A DNA stretch of 64,000 bases from Candidatus Magasanikiibacteriota bacterium (GTDB lineage: Bacteria; Patescibacteriota; Patescibacteriia; Magasanikbacterales; GWA2-37-8). Within the stretch, counting starts at the first letter, position 1; each line of letters starts with the position of its first letter. The DNA lies in assembly GCA_036744835.1 (NCBI GenBank), contig DAIOHD010000001.1:547910-611909 (forward strand). Direction: 5' to 3'. Below are positions 1 to 9,637 of the stretch, in pieces. Both the position numbers and the translations under genes were made by a program. The notes below the pieces were generated by a model. It worked only from the letters and a program-made list of their open reading frames with translations, ran no database searches and had not been told where the DNA came from.

Positions 1-551
1 GCTACAATATTATTTTTTTGATCTAATTTAATATTTTCATTCATTATTTCTATAGCTTCAATAAAATTTTGACAATTACCGCCATTTATCGCTCCTTGAA
101 AATATTTTCCTTCATTTTTTTTATCGACAAAAGCTAGAGATGAATTATTTTTTTCATAAGGAAATTTAGATATTTTTTTATTAAAATATCCGGAATGTAG
201 ACATGCGACCAGTTTTTCTTGGCCAACAGGTAAGAACTCCTCAGTTGTAATTTTTTGTAAAAATTGCAAATCAGCATTAAAAAAGAAAAGATAATCGAAA
301 TTTACTAATTGTTTTTTAAAATTTAAAAACATCCCATATCTTCTCAATGTATTTCCTGGCCAACCAAGGTTTTCTTGAAATATTCTATGAATCTTTGGAT
401 TTTCTTTTTCAAAATCAATACTTTCACTATCTGTAAAAACAAAATATTCTTTTTCTGCTTCCGATATAAAATATTTTTCGCAACTCAAATAAAAATCTTT
501 CCAAAAGATTTTATATTTTCCTGTGCAAATATATAAAATACCTATTTTCAT
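1..551 (-). CDS. Glycosyltransferase family 6-like, N-terminal part. The gene starts at 551 and its 3' end runs off the window start.
   Basis: Not in the ORF track. Reverse-strand ATG at 551 gives MKIGILYICTGKYKIFWKDFYLSCEKYF..., a GT6-type N-terminus, and stays open to position 1. It heads the glycan cluster. Confidence 0.5.
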   Translation of the reverse strand, partial: MKIGILYICTGKYKIFWKDFYLSCEKYFISEAEKEYFVFTDSESIDFEKENPKIHRIFQENLGWPGNTLRRYGMFLNFKKQLVNFDYLFFFNADLQFLQKITTEEFLPVGQEKLVACLHSGYFNKKISKFPYEKNNSSLAFVDKKNEGKYFQGAINGGNCQNFIEAIEIMNENIKLDQKNNIV

Positions 552-1303
552 ATCTTTTTAGCAATCAATATAATTTCTGGTGAATAAACACGACAATTAG
601 GAATAAATCTTAACGGCATAAAACCTCTGATCATTTTTATAATTATTTTTTTAAATAGGCTTCTTTCTTCTGGTATTACCCAAAAATCAAAGCCTCCTAT
701 ATGTGTAGCTTTTATTATTTCACAATTTTCATTTACCAAAATTTCTTTCCATTTTTTTAAATCCATCGCTGGTAAATAGCAAGAATCAAAACTTTTTTTG
801 TCTAAATATTGGTGAAGTTTTTTTTGAATATAACCGGAAAAATTCGGGGCGGTAATAAAAATTATACCATCTTTTTTTACCAATTTAGTATGCAACCTGA
901 TAATTTCATCAAAATTTGTAAAATGTTCAACAAACCCTGAAGAAAAAACCACATCATATTTTTGTATTTTACTAATATCTATATTAAAAATATCCTGATT
1001 AATAAATTCTCCAATTTTAAAGTTATTACTTTTAAACCATTCAATCATTTTTGGTAAAAATTTAGTTTGATCAATTCCATTTAAAATAAAGCCAAGTTTC
1101 CCAAAATAATAAAGAAATCTCCCAGGAAAACATCCTATTTCTAAAATATTTTTAAAATTTTTTTCTTTAAAAAAAATTTTTATTTCTTTTACTATAGGAT
1201 ATTTCTCTGGAATAGGATAAAAAACATGACTTTCATAACCTGAGTCCCAAAAATCTTCTGTTGTTAATTTTTTATTCATATTTTTACAAAAATCAATCTG
1301 CAC
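548..1303 (-). CDS. Class I SAM-dependent methyltransferase
   Basis: Motif I LEIGCFPGRF (glycine-rich SAM loop). Located in the glycan cluster. Confidence 0.6.
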   Translation of the reverse strand: MQIDFCKNMNKKLTTEDFWDSGYESHVFYPIPEKYPIVKEIKIFFKEKNFKNILEIGCFPGRFLYYFGKLGFILNGIDQTKFLPKMIEWFKSNNFKIGEFINQDIFNIDISKIQKYDVVFSSGFVEHFTNFDEIIRLHTKLVKKDGIIFITAPNFSGYIQKKLHQYLDKKSFDSCYLPAMDLKKWKEILVNENCEIIKATHIGGFDFWVIPEERSLFKKIIIKMIRGFMPLRFIPNCRVYSPEIILIAKKI

Positions 1304-1945
1304 TTATTTTGTAGCTACTAGAATAACATGCCTATATTTTAATATATTGCCTTTAATTCTACATGATAACCAAAATAATTTGCTGGGCAAAAATTTATAT
1401 AAAATTTTAGCTAAAGAAATCAATGAATGAGGTACAACTTTTACATTTTCTACTTTAAATCCTGCTGCCCAAAATAAATTTCCTAAATTAAGAGGTGTCC
1501 AAGTATAAAGATGTTTATTAATATCTTCCTTGATATATTCTTTTTGTTTTCGCCAATCATCAATAGGAGTTACAAAAATTATTTTACCATTTTCTTTTAA
1601 TTTATTTTTTAATTCCATCAATACACCAAAAGGATTTTCTACGTGCTCCAAGGCATGGTGAGAAATGATTTTATCAAACAATTTGTCGTTTGATATGTCA
1701 TTAATGTTTTTATAAGTTTCTATTCCATTTTGCCTTGCCTGTTCAGCAGCTACGTCATTTATTTCAACACCAAATTTTTCTTTACACTCCAAAGATGCCA
1801 AAATATATCCTCCACCGCAACCAAAATCGAGCACACTATCATTTTCATTTATATATCCACTGAACATCCAAGAATCACCCAATACACCATCTTGTCCAAT
1901 TTTCTTCTGCCAATTAAAATAATTCTGATCGTAATAATTATTCAT
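1304..1945 (-). CDS. Class I SAM-dependent methyltransferase (Methyltransf_11/23-like)
   Basis: VLDFGCGGGY SAM-binding motif. Its stop abuts the start of the next methyltransferase gene. Confidence 0.6.
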   Translation of the reverse strand: MNNYYDQNYFNWQKKIGQDGVLGDSWMFSGYINENDSVLDFGCGGGYILASLECKEKFGVEINDVAAEQARQNGIETYKNINDISNDKLFDKIISHHALEHVENPFGVLMELKNKLKENGKIIFVTPIDDWRKQKEYIKEDINKHLYTWTPLNLGNLFWAAGFKVENVKVVPHSLISLAKILYKFLPSKLFWLSCRIKGNILKYRHVILVATK

Positions 1946-1953
1946 AATAAATG

Positions 1954-2889
1954 TTATATAAATTTAAAAATATTATTTAAGTGTTGTACATAAGTATAAT
2001 TTTTACAAATTTCTTGTTGCTTTTTTATTAAATTTATATACTCGCTTTTATCTAAAGACAATACTTTTTTTACCATTTTTTCCATATCTTCATCATAAAT
2101 ATTACAGTCTTTAAAAATATCATTAAATTTTTTTATGTTTGAAAATCCCAGCTGACCATAAGAAATATTTTTGAACATTCGACAAGGTAAATAATCTATT
2201 TTCAATTGTCTATCTCCGCTTATTGCGGGAGCTATTCGAGAATTTCTAATAAAAAAAATATTTAACCAATCCGGAATAAATCTAATTTTAAAAAATTTTA
2301 AATTAATATTTTTAAGAATTTCTTTAAATTTAAAAATTTCATTAATATTTCCATGATTTTTTTTATCATTCCAAACGGAACCAATCCAAAAAACTAACTT
2401 ATTTTTATTAAAGATAGGTTCTTTAAATTCTGCGGGCAATAAATTAGTACCCCACGGTTGGTAAAGAGTTCTAGTTTTAGTATCAAAATGAACAGCTTCG
2501 TATAGTTTAAAATGATTTTCAGCTAAATTATAATAAACCTGTAACTTTAACAAACTAGAAAAATTTAATTTATTAAGAAAAACTTCTTTAAAATTATGCA
2601 AGCAATAAAAAATATCATCACGAACCGGTAAATTATAATCTTCAAATTTAATTTTTTCTGACACCATTTTACCGATTACTTCAGCCGAAATAATCAAATC
2701 GTTTGGTTCGATATATTTTTGATTTTTCTTTTCATCTTCTACCCAAATTACGGGAATACCAAGTTTTTTCAATGTTTTATAATAACCCTGAAAAATATAA
2801 CGATGAGTATGAAATCTTTTTCTCAAACCCCAAATGACGATTTTATTAAATCTTTTTGCATTTTGCTTTAGTTCCCCTATCGGATCCAT
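1954..2889 (-). CDS. Hypothetical protein in the glycan cluster (possible glycosyltransferase-type fold)
   Basis: 311-aa ORF tightly packed between the methyltransferase and GT4 genes. No motif recognised. Confidence 0.4.
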   Translation of the reverse strand: MDPIGELKQNAKRFNKIVIWGLRKRFHTHRYIFQGYYKTLKKLGIPVIWVEDEKKNQKYIEPNDLIISAEVIGKMVSEKIKFEDYNLPVRDDIFYCLHNFKEVFLNKLNFSSLLKLQVYYNLAENHFKLYEAVHFDTKTRTLYQPWGTNLLPAEFKEPIFNKNKLVFWIGSVWNDKKNHGNINEIFKFKEILKNINLKFFKIRFIPDWLNIFFIRNSRIAPAISGDRQLKIDYLPCRMFKNISYGQLGFSNIKKFNDIFKDCNIYDEDMEKMVKKVLSLDKSEYINLIKKQQEICKNYTYVQHLNNIFKFI

Positions 2890-2890
2890 A

Positions 2891-3949
2891 TTAAAAAGTT
2901 AACATTTTTTTTAATTTTTCAGAAATAATATTATAATTATAATTATTTATAATCATTTCTCGACACAAATTATTATGTTTAATTCTAATTTCCGGATTTT
3001 CTAAATAAAAAATAATATTTTCAGCCAATTTTTTATAATCTTCTCTACTGTGAAACATCGCCTTATCTTGAAAAACACCTCTAAATGACATAATATTAGG
3101 CAAACAAAGGGCACAACCAGCTAAAACCGCATTGTATACAGCTACACACTGACCTTCTAAAAAAGAAGAATTCAAATTAATTAAAAAATTATTTAATAAA
3201 ATATTTGCTTCCTTAGGCGATTTAAAACCATGAAAAATAATGTTGTCAGATATTTTTTTTTCTTTAACCAAATTTTTAATATTATCTTCTAAAACAGACC
3301 CCACAAAATGCAATTTAATATTTGTAATTTTTTTTAAAACCAGTTCAAAGGCTTTTATAATAGTTGGTAAATTTTTTGTAATAGTGATATTACCAAAACA
3401 AACCAAATCACGACGATTTAAATAATCATTAGTAAAACTATATATTTTATTAGAAACAACTAAAGGCAATACAAAAAGCTTATCTTCTTTTAAATTCTGT
3501 TCCAATAAAAAATTTTTTTCTTCTTTATTATTAAGTCTTATTTTAGAAAAAAATCTCATTGAAAAATTAAAAATTTTTTGTTTTATCTTATTTTGCCTTA
3601 TTGGATGAGTATGTCCCATAAAAATAGTTTTCTTTGCCAGAAAAGGAACTATTAAAGATTGTGGTTCTACACTATTTACATAAAATACCGCTCCTTTGCT
3701 GGAATATTTAATTATTTGAAAAAAATAATTAAATATATTTTTATAATTTACAACTTTTATGGTTTTATCGAATTTAGGATCGTTTTCAATATCACCCTTA
3801 TTTTGTTTAATTATTACCACAGGCACACAACCCAACTCTTTTGCAATATTTAAAACATGCAAATGATAGTTTTCTTCAATTGAAAAGTCATACATTCTTG
3901 CCGAATATCCCCAAATGATCGATACAAAATATCTTTCTTTCTGTACCAT
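2891..3949 (-). CDS. Glycosyltransferase family 4 (GT-B fold)
   Basis: C-terminal EGQCVAVYNAVLAGCALCLP resembles the GT1/GT4 E-x7-E region. Confidence 0.6.
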   Translation of the reverse strand: MVQKERYFVSIIWGYSARMYDFSIEENYHLHVLNIAKELGCVPVVIIKQNKGDIENDPKFDKTIKVVNYKNIFNYFFQIIKYSSKGAVFYVNSVEPQSLIVPFLAKKTIFMGHTHPIRQNKIKQKIFNFSMRFFSKIRLNNKEEKNFLLEQNLKEDKLFVLPLVVSNKIYSFTNDYLNRRDLVCFGNITITKNLPTIIKAFELVLKKITNIKLHFVGSVLEDNIKNLVKEKKISDNIIFHGFKSPKEANILLNNFLINLNSSFLEGQCVAVYNAVLAGCALCLPNIMSFRGVFQDKAMFHSREDYKKLAENIIFYLENPEIRIKHNNLCREMIINNYNYNIISEKLKKMLTF

Positions 3950-3962
3950 ACAAAATTTATTT

Positions 3963-4727
3963 TTAATAATTTCTGTTTAAAGCATACAAATAACCACCTC
4001 TACAATCAACTAAAAAATTATTTTTTCTAAGAAACCCTGTGATTTCTTCATGTCTGTGGTTTGTTATATCATCGTGATATTCCAGAGAAATTCTTTTAAT
4101 TCTAGAAACAAACTCTGGGGATAGGTTTAAAATAATATCATATTCAGCGCCTTCACAATCTAATTTAAAAAAATCAATATGACTAATATTTTTTTCAAAA
4201 CAATATTTTTCAAGTTCCATATTTTGTATTTGCACCTCCTCGTCATCTTCGTCTCTTTTATATATACTATGACAACCGTTGTGTTTTTTAGAAATAAAAA
4301 ACTTTTCAACCGTGTTTTTATTTGAAACAGCAATATTTTCAACAAAAATATTATTCAATTTATTTAACTTTATATTTTCTCTTATTTTTTCAGCAAGTTC
4401 TTTTACCGGTTCAAAAGCAAACACCTTTCCATTTTTTGCTTTTACTCCCGCATAGATAGTAAAAAATCCGTTATTTCCTCCAATATCAAAAACTATGTCA
4501 TTTTCATTTATTTGCATAAACGGAGGATTATAAAATTCATAATGCCAAATTTCAACCAACATTGAAATATCGGCTTTCCCTATTTTATTTTTTTCAATTT
4601 TAAACAAAATACCGTTTCCTAATTTAATAAATTTGATCGGAAAATATAAAAATTTGTTTAAAATTATTTTAAACCAATTACTTTTTAATATTACTAAAGC
4701 GCCTAAAACTCGCAAATAATTTATCAT
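3963..4727 (-). CDS. FkbM-family methyltransferase
   Basis: FDIGGNNGFFT, FAFEP and LKLDCEGAEYDIL motifs typical of FkbM methyltransferases. Confidence 0.7.
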   Translation of the reverse strand: MINYLRVLGALVILKSNWFKIILNKFLYFPIKFIKLGNGILFKIEKNKIGKADISMLVEIWHYEFYNPPFMQINENDIVFDIGGNNGFFTIYAGVKAKNGKVFAFEPVKELAEKIRENIKLNKLNNIFVENIAVSNKNTVEKFFISKKHNGCHSIYKRDEDDEEVQIQNMELEKYCFEKNISHIDFFKLDCEGAEYDIILNLSPEFVSRIKRISLEYHDDITNHRHEEITGFLRKNNFLVDCRGGYLYALNRNY

Positions 4728-4744
4728 AAAAAATAACTTTTAAT

Positions 4745-6034
4745 TTATTTTTTATTTTTTAAAAAAGAAAAAATTAAAACAGGTCCTATAGAATAAGACA
4801 TTAGTGTCGCCCAAGCTGCACCGGTTAAACCAAATTTTGGTATAAAAACAATGTTTAATAATATGTTTAAAATCATTGAAAAAAAACTAAGATTAAAAAT
4901 AGTATATAAATGATTTTCAGTTAGGAAATAATAGTTTAGCCCCCAAGTCAAAAACAAGCCAACCCCCGACCAAACATAAATTTGTAAAATTACCACAGAA
5001 CCACCGTAAGCTGACCCAAAAAATAAATTTATAAACCAATTTGCAAGCAAAGTTGAGGGTATAGCTATCAAAATAGCGATACTGGCCAATAGTAAATATA
5101 AATTTTTTAATCTTTTTTTATATTTTTCTTCATCTATTTTTTTTGCATTTATTATAGCCGGAAATAACGAAGCACAAATTAAAGTTGGAATAAAATACCA
5201 AATTTCTACCAATCGTACCGCGGCAGCATAAAGACCAACGGCTGTTGAACCAAGATAATATCCTATCATCACTTGATCTATCCTCATATAAATAAAAGCC
5301 GCAGCTGAAGAAATCATCAAAAGCCAAGAAACTGATAAAATTTCTTTTGCAATTATTTTATCGAATTTCCAATCGAATAATTTTAAGCCACTTTTAAAAT
5401 AATTAAACACATATAGAATACTATTGAACAGATAATCCCCGACATAAACCAACATAAACCAAATAATTCCTTTACCGGATAAAATTATCATAATTTTAAG
5501 AACTGAGCTTAAGATCGTGGTTATTATTTGCACTATAGAATTCTTTTTTGCTTGAACATTTGCTTGAAAATAATTAGAAATAACACTAAAAGAAGACAAG
5601 ATAAAAGTTAAAGCAAAAACGATACTTAAATTACGAATTATTAAGGAATCTATAATTAGAAAAGCACCAAGTGTAGTAATCAAAAAAGCTAAAAATCCTC
5701 CGCCAAGAGTAAGTATAAAAGCTGTTCCCAAAAGTTTATCTCTTTTTTCCGGAAATTTTACCAAATCACGAATTAAAATACTACTTATTCCTAAATTAGC
5801 AATAAAACTAAACATACCCGTAAATGCCAAGGCATAACTCAACATCCCAAAATTACTTGGCTCAAGATATCTTGCCACCCAAATATTTACTATTACCGAA
5901 ATAATATTGAACATCTGTGCAAAAAACATCCACCCTGTATTGGCAAAATACTTCCTAAAACCACCATGTTCCAAAACCCAATACCAACGTTGCGGAATAA
6001 TGATTTTAAATTTTTCAAACAGTTTTTCGAACAT
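4745..6034 (-). CDS. Polysaccharide flippase (Wzx/MOP-family, multi-TM)
   Basis: 429 aa, about 12 predicted TM helices, MOP-flippase-like composition. Sits in the glycan cluster. Confidence 0.6.
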   Translation of the reverse strand: MFEKLFEKFKIIIPQRWYWVLEHGGFRKYFANTGWMFFAQMFNIISVIVNIWVARYLEPSNFGMLSYALAFTGMFSFIANLGISSILIRDLVKFPEKRDKLLGTAFILTLGGGFLAFLITTLGAFLIIDSLIIRNLSIVFALTFILSSFSVISNYFQANVQAKKNSIVQIITTILSSVLKIMIILSGKGIIWFMLVYVGDYLFNSILYVFNYFKSGLKLFDWKFDKIIAKEILSVSWLLMISSAAAFIYMRIDQVMIGYYLGSTAVGLYAAAVRLVEIWYFIPTLICASLFPAIINAKKIDEEKYKKRLKNLYLLLASIAILIAIPSTLLANWFINLFFGSAYGGSVVILQIYVWSGVGLFLTWGLNYYFLTENHLYTIFNLSFFSMILNILLNIVFIPKFGLTGAAWATLMSYSIGPVLIFSFLKNKK

Positions 6035-6124
6035 AAGTAGCTTTTGATTTATAAAGCCAAAAAATTACAAAAATTGTAAAAATTACTTAATTTAAAAAAT
6101 CTAAACTTAACCGATCTTAAAATC

Positions 6125-8161
6125 TTATTCCTCCGCTCCCATGCTCATTATCTGTGTAATGATATTGTCTTCACTTTCCGTAAAAACCACTCCGTTTTGC
6201 TGTGCTAATTGCAAAATATTTAAAGCCTTTTCATTTTCTCCGGCGATTTTGTAAACATAAGCTAAACGCCAATAACTTTCCCCTATTTTAGCATTACCTT
6301 TTATCGCTCCATCAAGCAATTTAATAGCGTCATTAAATTTACCTAACTGCATTTGCAACATAGAAAGAGAATATATTAATTGCTGGCGGCGTGGAGATTT
6401 TTCCAAAGCGTCTTTAAGATAATTTTCCGCTTCCACCATTTTTTGCGGATCATTGTTAAGCTGTGCCATAACTTGACTCATTTGTGAGAGTGTCATCTGA
6501 TTGCGAATATCCAAAGGATGAAGCTCGGTATTTTTATGCAATTCTGTGAAACAAACATCCAATATTTTTTTCAAAAAATCTTTTTGTGCTTGTTGATTTT
6601 GCATTACTGTATAAGCAATTTGCACCACGGAACGAGAAATATCACTTCTGATATCATCAATGTGCGGAGATTGAAAATGTAGAGCATCCTCTACTACATT
6701 CAACGCCACCGTAGGATTTTGATTAAGCGCTTTAATAGCATTGAGAGATTTACTATTAGCACGAGCAGGCTGGAGGTTGAAAATTAAAATAAGGATTAAA
6801 ACCAAAATTCCGGCTGTAGAAACTGCACCAAGAGAAATATTTTTATTGACAGAAACATCTTTTTCGTTATTTTCATCCGGAAGTAAAGTAAGACGAGAAA
6901 CCATGGCCAATACAAACATAAAATAAATATAGGACGTCAGATTTTCAAATACTGTAATATTTTCTACCAAATGTGAAATCACATAAACTGATAAAACGAT
7001 AAACAAAATCAAATCAATATGTTTTTTACGATATGCAATAGTCAGAGAAAAGAAAGCGATAATAAACAGAAGTAAATAAACTAAAATTCCAAAAGTGCCT
7101 TGCACGGCCATAGTGTTAAGCACAATGTTATGTGCATTATCAAACCAAGTTTCTCCATATCCATGATTGAGAGATTCTGGATTATAATGTGTATTAAAAG
7201 TGTAAAAATAATTATTTGGACCCCAGCCAAAAACTGGTCGGTCTTTCCACCCTTGCAGGGCTATTTTCCAAGCAATCCAACGTGGAGAAGCTTTAATGTC
7301 ACTATATGAAGTATTAATAGCACGACCAACCGCCGGAATACTTTGAACAAAATCTGTTTGACGATTAAAATAAAGGATTCCAAACAACAACGCAAAAGCT
7401 ATTAATGATCCCCAAAGATAAATTTTGGCTTTACCGAAACCACGCAAAGCAATAGCCAACAAAAAGATTGTGAGAGGAATGGCTACCCCCAAAGCTAAAA
7501 TATCACCGCGCGTACCGGAAAAAAATATATTAGCAAAAGCCAATAAAAATATCGTTCCTAAAATCCAACGCCAATATAGCTCTTTTTCTTTAGCAAAAAG
7601 TAAAATCGCCATGGCAGATAAAAATAAAGCATAGCCACCCACATAAATCGGGTTACCCAAAGTACTGGCGACACGATCAGAGCCTTGATTGAGAAGTAAA
7701 TCCGGATTACCAACTTGTAAAAAACCGACGAACATCACTCCTGTCCCGGCAACTAGAAATATTTTCAAAGCTAAACGATAATCCGCCCAGGTTTGAAGTA
7801 CAGCTCCGACAATATAAAAATAGACCACATAATGAGTAATAGTAAAAAACCCAAGCATACGTTCATGATTGTCCCAAAAACTATGATAAACATCAACTCC
7901 CAAAAACGTAGAAAGTCCAAAACTTAACCAAAATAAAAACACTGCAATATTTACCGGAGTAAATTTTGGTTTAAATTCTTTAAAGTCTAAAATCAAAAGC
8001 AAACTATACAATCCAAGCATCACCATTACTATAGAACGAAAAGTCAAAATTTTTGGTACAATAAAAGGAAAAATAAATGAGCTGGGCAAAACGATAAGTG
8101 GAACAAAAAAACTGGCGTAAATTAACAGTTTTATCGCCAAAATTACTTTATCTTTAGACAT
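6125..8161 (-). CDS. O-antigen ligase-like (Wzy_C) membrane protein with C-terminal TPR repeats
   Basis: Polytopic N-terminal domain plus a C-terminal TPR-like region (NEKALNILQLAQQNG...). Confidence 0.55.
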   Translation of the reverse strand: MSKDKVILAIKLLIYASFFVPLIVLPSSFIFPFIVPKILTFRSIVMVMLGLYSLLLILDFKEFKPKFTPVNIAVFLFWLSFGLSTFLGVDVYHSFWDNHERMLGFFTITHYVVYFYIVGAVLQTWADYRLALKIFLVAGTGVMFVGFLQVGNPDLLLNQGSDRVASTLGNPIYVGGYALFLSAMAILLFAKEKELYWRWILGTIFLLAFANIFFSGTRGDILALGVAIPLTIFLLAIALRGFGKAKIYLWGSLIAFALLFGILYFNRQTDFVQSIPAVGRAINTSYSDIKASPRWIAWKIALQGWKDRPVFGWGPNNYFYTFNTHYNPESLNHGYGETWFDNAHNIVLNTMAVQGTFGILVYLLLFIIAFFSLTIAYRKKHIDLILFIVLSVYVISHLVENITVFENLTSYIYFMFVLAMVSRLTLLPDENNEKDVSVNKNISLGAVSTAGILVLILILIFNLQPARANSKSLNAIKALNQNPTVALNVVEDALHFQSPHIDDIRSDISRSVVQIAYTVMQNQQAQKDFLKKILDVCFTELHKNTELHPLDIRNQMTLSQMSQVMAQLNNDPQKMVEAENYLKDALEKSPRRQQLIYSLSMLQMQLGKFNDAIKLLDGAIKGNAKIGESYWRLAYVYKIAGENEKALNILQLAQQNGVVFTESEDNIITQIMSMGAEE

Positions 8162-8294
8162 AATTTATTAAATTTTAACAGACAGGGTACACCCCCGCCT
8201 ATTTGTTTTATAATGGGTATATTTTACACTATTAAATTTCAATTGACAAGAAGTAATTTTTTTGCTAAAATAAGAGAAATAATATAATAGATGT

Positions 8295-8798
8295 ATGACA
8301 GAACTAATAGTTAAAAACGAAAAAGAATTACTTGACTTTGGTAAAAAAATCGCAGCTAATTTAAAAAGCGGGGATGTTTTGTGTTTATATGGTAATTTAG
8401 GAGTTGGAAAAACTACTATGACCAAAGGAATCGCTCAATATTTTGGAATCAAGAAAAGAATAACAAGTCCAACTTTTACTTTATTTAATGTTTATAAGCT
8501 GTCCACTGAAAATTATAAACCAGACCAACCCGACTTCGCTAAAGCTACGCCGGGCAAGCTAAACTTATCCGAATGCCCCGAATGTAAAAAAAAACCAAAA
8601 CTGTTAGTGCATATTGATGCTTATAGGGTAAAAGATGAGGAAGAATTATTGGAAGTCGGCATGGAGGATTATCTAGGTGATGATGAAACTATTTGCGTGG
8701 TAGAATGGGCGGAGAAAATCCCCGGGCTCTTAAAAAATAAAAAATGTGTAGAGGTACACATTGAACACACTGCTAACGGACGAAAAATACTATATTAA
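8295..8798 (+). CDS. tsaE: tRNA threonylcarbamoyladenosine biosynthesis ATPase TsaE, carrying a ~30-aa insertion
   Basis: GDVLCLYGNLGVGKTT Walker A and a SPTFTL motif. A GC-rich insertion containing CPEC sits before HIDAYR. Confidence 0.75.
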   Translation: MTELIVKNEKELLDFGKKIAANLKSGDVLCLYGNLGVGKTTMTKGIAQYFGIKKRITSPTFTLFNVYKLSTENYKPDQPDFAKATPGKLNLSECPECKKKPKLLVHIDAYRVKDEEELLEVGMEDYLGDDETICVVEWAEKIPGLLKNKKCVEVHIEHTANGRKILY

Positions 8799-8985
8799 TC
8801 TCAAATCTCAAAAGTCAAAAGTCAAAACCTTTTGTCATTCTGAGCATAGCGAATAATCCCTTGTGGCTTAACTAATTGTTTAAAACCTTGTTTAAGGGAT
8901 CCTTCGTTTCACTCAGGATGACGGGTGTCGTCAGTTTTAGGGTTTTAAGTTGTAGTTTTGAGATTTGACATTTGAGTTTTGAGTT
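8799..8985. repeat. MITE-like element copy 1: (tcaaaag)n left arm and (gttttgag)n right arm around a long imperfect hairpin core.
   Basis: Left arm tctcaaatctcaaaagtcaaaagtcaaaacc. Core gtcattctgagca...cactcaggatgac forms an inverted repeat. Right arm ggttttaagttgtagttttgagatttgacatttgagttttgag. The right arm overlaps the queH 3' codons. Confidence 0.6.
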
Positions 8986-9518
8986 CGGTTTTCTAACGAA
9001 AACCGACATCCACAATAATCCTGCCGATAAATTCCCCTATCTTTTATCATTCTCCTCCCCTTTTCTTGCCTTCCGTCTTTTTTCCAATCAACATCTAAAA
9101 ACTTCAAACCAAAATTTTTGGCAATACTGCTCCCAAGTGGATGGATAACATCTGCTTTTTTATTTCTACCACTGGTCAAAGTGGTGGCAAAAATATCAAA
9201 ATTATTTTTAGTCGCATATTCTCCAGCTTTTTGCAGGCGCATAGCAAAACAAGTGGTACACCTAACCCCGCCCTCAGATTCTTTTTCCAGCCCCGCAACA
9301 TGTTTGTTCCAGACAGATGTTTCATAATCCGCGTCAATCATTGAAACATTCCACTCTTTACAAACTTTTATTACTTCTTCTTTACGTTTTATATATTCCT
9401 GTTCCGGATAAATATTTGGATTGTAAAAATAAACCATCAGATCATAGAGGTCTTTGAGTTCATCGATAATGGCAATACCACAGGGAGCACAACAGACGTG
9501 TAATAATAATTTTTGCAT
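8937..9518 (-). CDS. queH: Epoxyqueuosine reductase QueH (DUF208)
   Basis: LLLHVCCAPCG N-terminal signature. The C-terminal tail is encoded by the repeat arm. Confidence 0.7.
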   Translation of the reverse strand: MQKLLLHVCCAPCGIAIIDELKDLYDLMVYFYNPNIYPEQEYIKRKEEVIKVCKEWNVSMIDADYETSVWNKHVAGLEKESEGGVRCTTCFAMRLQKAGEYATKNNFDIFATTLTSGRNKKADVIHPLGSSIAKNFGLKFLDVDWKKDGRQEKGRRMIKDRGIYRQDYCGCRFSLENRTQNSNVKSQNYNLKP

Positions 9519-9637
9519 AAAAAATTATCAAATTTAAAGATTGAAAGATTTTGATATTGGATATTGAATATTAAATATCAACCACCCCTACCCCTCCTTC
9601 GTAAGAAGGATAATATCCAATATTCAATATTCATTAT
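9519..9637. repeat. AT-rich palindromic spacer (atattggat/atattgaat words) with a GC hairpin core ccttcGTAAgaagg
   Basis: Inverted word arrays flank ccacccctacccctccttcgtaagaagg. Confidence 0.5.
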
